64,000 nt of DNA from an uncultured bacterium (GTDB taxonomy: Bacteria > Chloroflexota > UBA5177 > JANWHV01), in contig CAWHAE010000016.1 in the NCBI GenBank assembly GCA_963827235.1, positions 576,001 through 640,000 on the forward strand. Direction: 5' to 3'. Below are positions 62,214 to 64,000 of the stretch, in pieces. The translations under genes were made by a program, and so were the position numbers. How positions within the stretch are numbered: position 1 is the stretch's first letter; each line of letters starts with the position of its first letter. Under the pieces are notes generated by a model that was not told the DNA's origin, did not search any database, and saw nothing but the letters and a program-made list of their open reading frames with translations.

Positions 62214-62504
62214 TACCACAGCAAAGCTCAGTACTCTTACCTGCTTGACGTGGTTATCCTCTTCAACCGGGGCCGCGTACGACTGCCGCTAGCTGCAGCC
62301 ACGCCCGTACCCGGACGCTCCCAGAAACGAGACCACCTACGTCTGTTCGCGATCGCAGACGCACACTGTTTGGCGGCAAACTGTCATATAATAGCTGTGG
62401 CTGTCAACCGCGCCTTAGGACCCAGTTCGGCCATTTGCCGCCGAAGGTAGGTTAGCATAGAGACCCTGGGCGCACCCTGAGACGATTTCAGGAGAGAGTA
62501 GCCG

Positions 62505-64000
62505 GTGACAGACGGCAACATGCCCGGCAATCCTGCCTGGTCTTCGGCCAAGACGCGAGTTCCCTTGCCGCGTATCCTCGTTTCACGCCCGCGCCTTATC
62601 CAGCCGCTCAACACCGCGGCCGAAGCCGGCCGCGTCACCCTGATCGTCGCGCCCGGCGGATCGGGCAAGAGCACACTGGCGGCCGATTGGACTCGGCAGG
62701 CTACCATGCCCGTCGCGTGGTATACGGTCGACGCCGCCGACCGCGATATCCGCCGCTTGGCGGCCGGGGTATGCGGAGCGATCGCTCGCGTGCTCCCCGG
62801 CGCCGCCGACTCGGCCATGCGTGCGATTGAAAATGGTGCTACCGAAGTCGCTGCTATCGGTCTTCTGCTTGACAGGCTGGAAAACGAGCCGCTGACTCTC
62901 GTGCTCGACGACTTTCACCACCTCGACGGCGTGCCGGAAGCCACCGCACTGTGGGAACACTTCTTCCGATTCAGGCCGCCGACCCTGGCGCTCACCATCC
63001 TCTCCCGCACCGTGCCCATTCTTGGCTTTGCCATGCTGGCGGCAATGGATGCTCTGCTCGGACTTGGGCGCACCGACCTCAGCTTCGTGCCTGACGAGGC
63101 AGCCGAGCTGCTGGCCCGGCACGGCCTGGACCCGGCCCCGGCCGCCCAGTTCGTGACCCGCACCGACGGTTGGGCGACGGGATTGCTCATGCTCGCGAGA
63201 GCAGCTCCCAGCGGAGTTCGCCAGCTCCACGTGCGCGTTGATACCCTGATGAACCAGCTTGGTGCCGAGCTGCTTAGCTCGCTGTCCGTCGATCTGCGCA
63301 CCTTCCTGCTCGAAAGCGCCTCGCTCGGCCCGGTGACGCCGGAGCAAGCTGACGACCTTCTCGGCCGTGCCAACAGTCTGGCGCTGTTCGGCGACATCTT
63401 GCAGCGAGGCCTCTTTCTCGCCAGAGAAGCGACGACCTACCGGTATCACGATCTCTTTGCCGAGTACGCTGTCGCGGTTCTACGTACCGAAGACCCTGCT
63501 AAGCTGCGCTCGATTCGCGAGCATGCCTCCGCCTACTGGTGCGACCAGGGCGACCTGCCGCGCGCGCTCGGTCTCTTGGCCGAGGACGGCAACTGGCTTG
63601 CGCTGGCTGCACTGCTCGAGACCCAGCGGGGTGCTCTCTGGAGCCGCGCCATGTGGGGAACCGCCATCGACATGGTCGAGCGGCTGCCCGAGAAGTATCG
63701 CACCCCACGCGTCCTGTCGCTTAGCGCGACCTGTCACACCTCCCGCGGAGAGTACGCGCAGGCGCTGGCACAGGCCGACGCGGGCATGGCCCTGTCGCAT
63801 GACGAGAGCGAGTGGCTGAGCTGTGCCGTGACACACGCCGACACGCTGCACTGCGAAGGAAGGCTCGAGGAATGCGCGCGGAGTGCCGATGCCGCGCTCG
63901 CCGTAGCGCGGAGAATCGAGCACGGCGCCGCCATCACCCGCTTGCTCAGCCTGAGAGGCCGTGCGAGGCTCGGCCTCGGCATGATGGACTCCGGCATGGA
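62505..64000 (+). CDS. MalT-like STAND ATPase transcriptional regulator with helical/TPR-like region; 3' truncated, absent from the ORF track
   Basis: Translated by hand: AKTRVP, VSRPRL, Walker A APGGSGKST, AWYTVD, Walker B LVLDDFHHL, RTDGWATGL, YRYHDLFAEY; SD AGGAG before GTG at 62505. Confidence 0.9.
   Translation, partial: MTDGNMPGNPAWSSAKTRVPLPRILVSRPRLIQPLNTAAEAGRVTLIVAPGGSGKSTLAADWTRQATMPVAWYTVDAADRDIRRLAAGVCGAIARVLPGAADSAMRAIENGATEVAAIGLLLDRLENEPLTLVLDDFHHLDGVPEATALWEHFFRFRPPTLALTILSRTVPILGFAMLAAMDALLGLGRTDLSFVPDEAAELLARHGLDPAPAAQFVTRTDGWATGLLMLARAAPSGVRQLHVRVDTLMNQLGAELLSSLSVDLRTFLLESASLGPVTPEQADDLLGRANSLALFGDILQRGLFLAREATTYRYHDLFAEYAVAVLRTEDPAKLRSIREHASAYWCDQGDLPRALGLLAEDGNWLALAALLETQRGALWSRAMWGTAIDMVERLPEKYRTPRVLSLSATCHTSRGEYAQALAQADAGMALSHDESEWLSCAVTHADTLHCEGRLEECARSADAALAVARRIEHGAAITRLLSLRGRARLGLGMMDSGM

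Noticed and set aside
62583-63997. Minus-strand ORFs at the right end of the ORF track
   Set aside because: They are shadows of the plus-strand MalT-like gene, which the track omitted because it has no stop codon in the window.

Overview
This is a GC-rich bacterial chromosome segment, probably from Chloroflexota. That call is an inference from the OdhA N-terminus [16 protein letters not shown], the F/YFAEG-type surface protein, the FRD-type kinase and GAAC-N4-GTTC-like boxes. Most of it is housekeeping: sucA/sucB, gap-pgk-tpiA, a YtfQ-like sugar ABC cluster with LacI, two lepB paralogs around a tRNA-Arg(UCG), hisS-hisHAF-hisIE, yggS/yggT, a penicillin-acylase-family Ntn hydrolase, proB, CarH, dnaA, cheB, dgt, dut and fumC. 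I found no CRISPR array, integrase or transposase. The most unusual locus is at the right end (60464-64000). A small secreted protein carries seven tandem 15-aa units with the core SAGGANGG. It is followed by an NHLP/Os1348-like leader-type small protein and an HD-GYP phosphodiesterase, all divergent from a MalT-like STAND ATPase regulator that runs off the window. This is a candidate multi-core peptide signalling system. Other oddities: a tandem pair of unknown paralogs with an internal two-fold repeat, an orphan CheB lacking its catalytic Ser, a dnaA with no dnaN or visible DnaA boxes, LexA-like boxes before two small unknown genes, an Ogr/Delta-like zinc finger, and two single-base frameshifts that are probably sequencing errors. 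All calls come from reading motifs by eye; no database searches were run.
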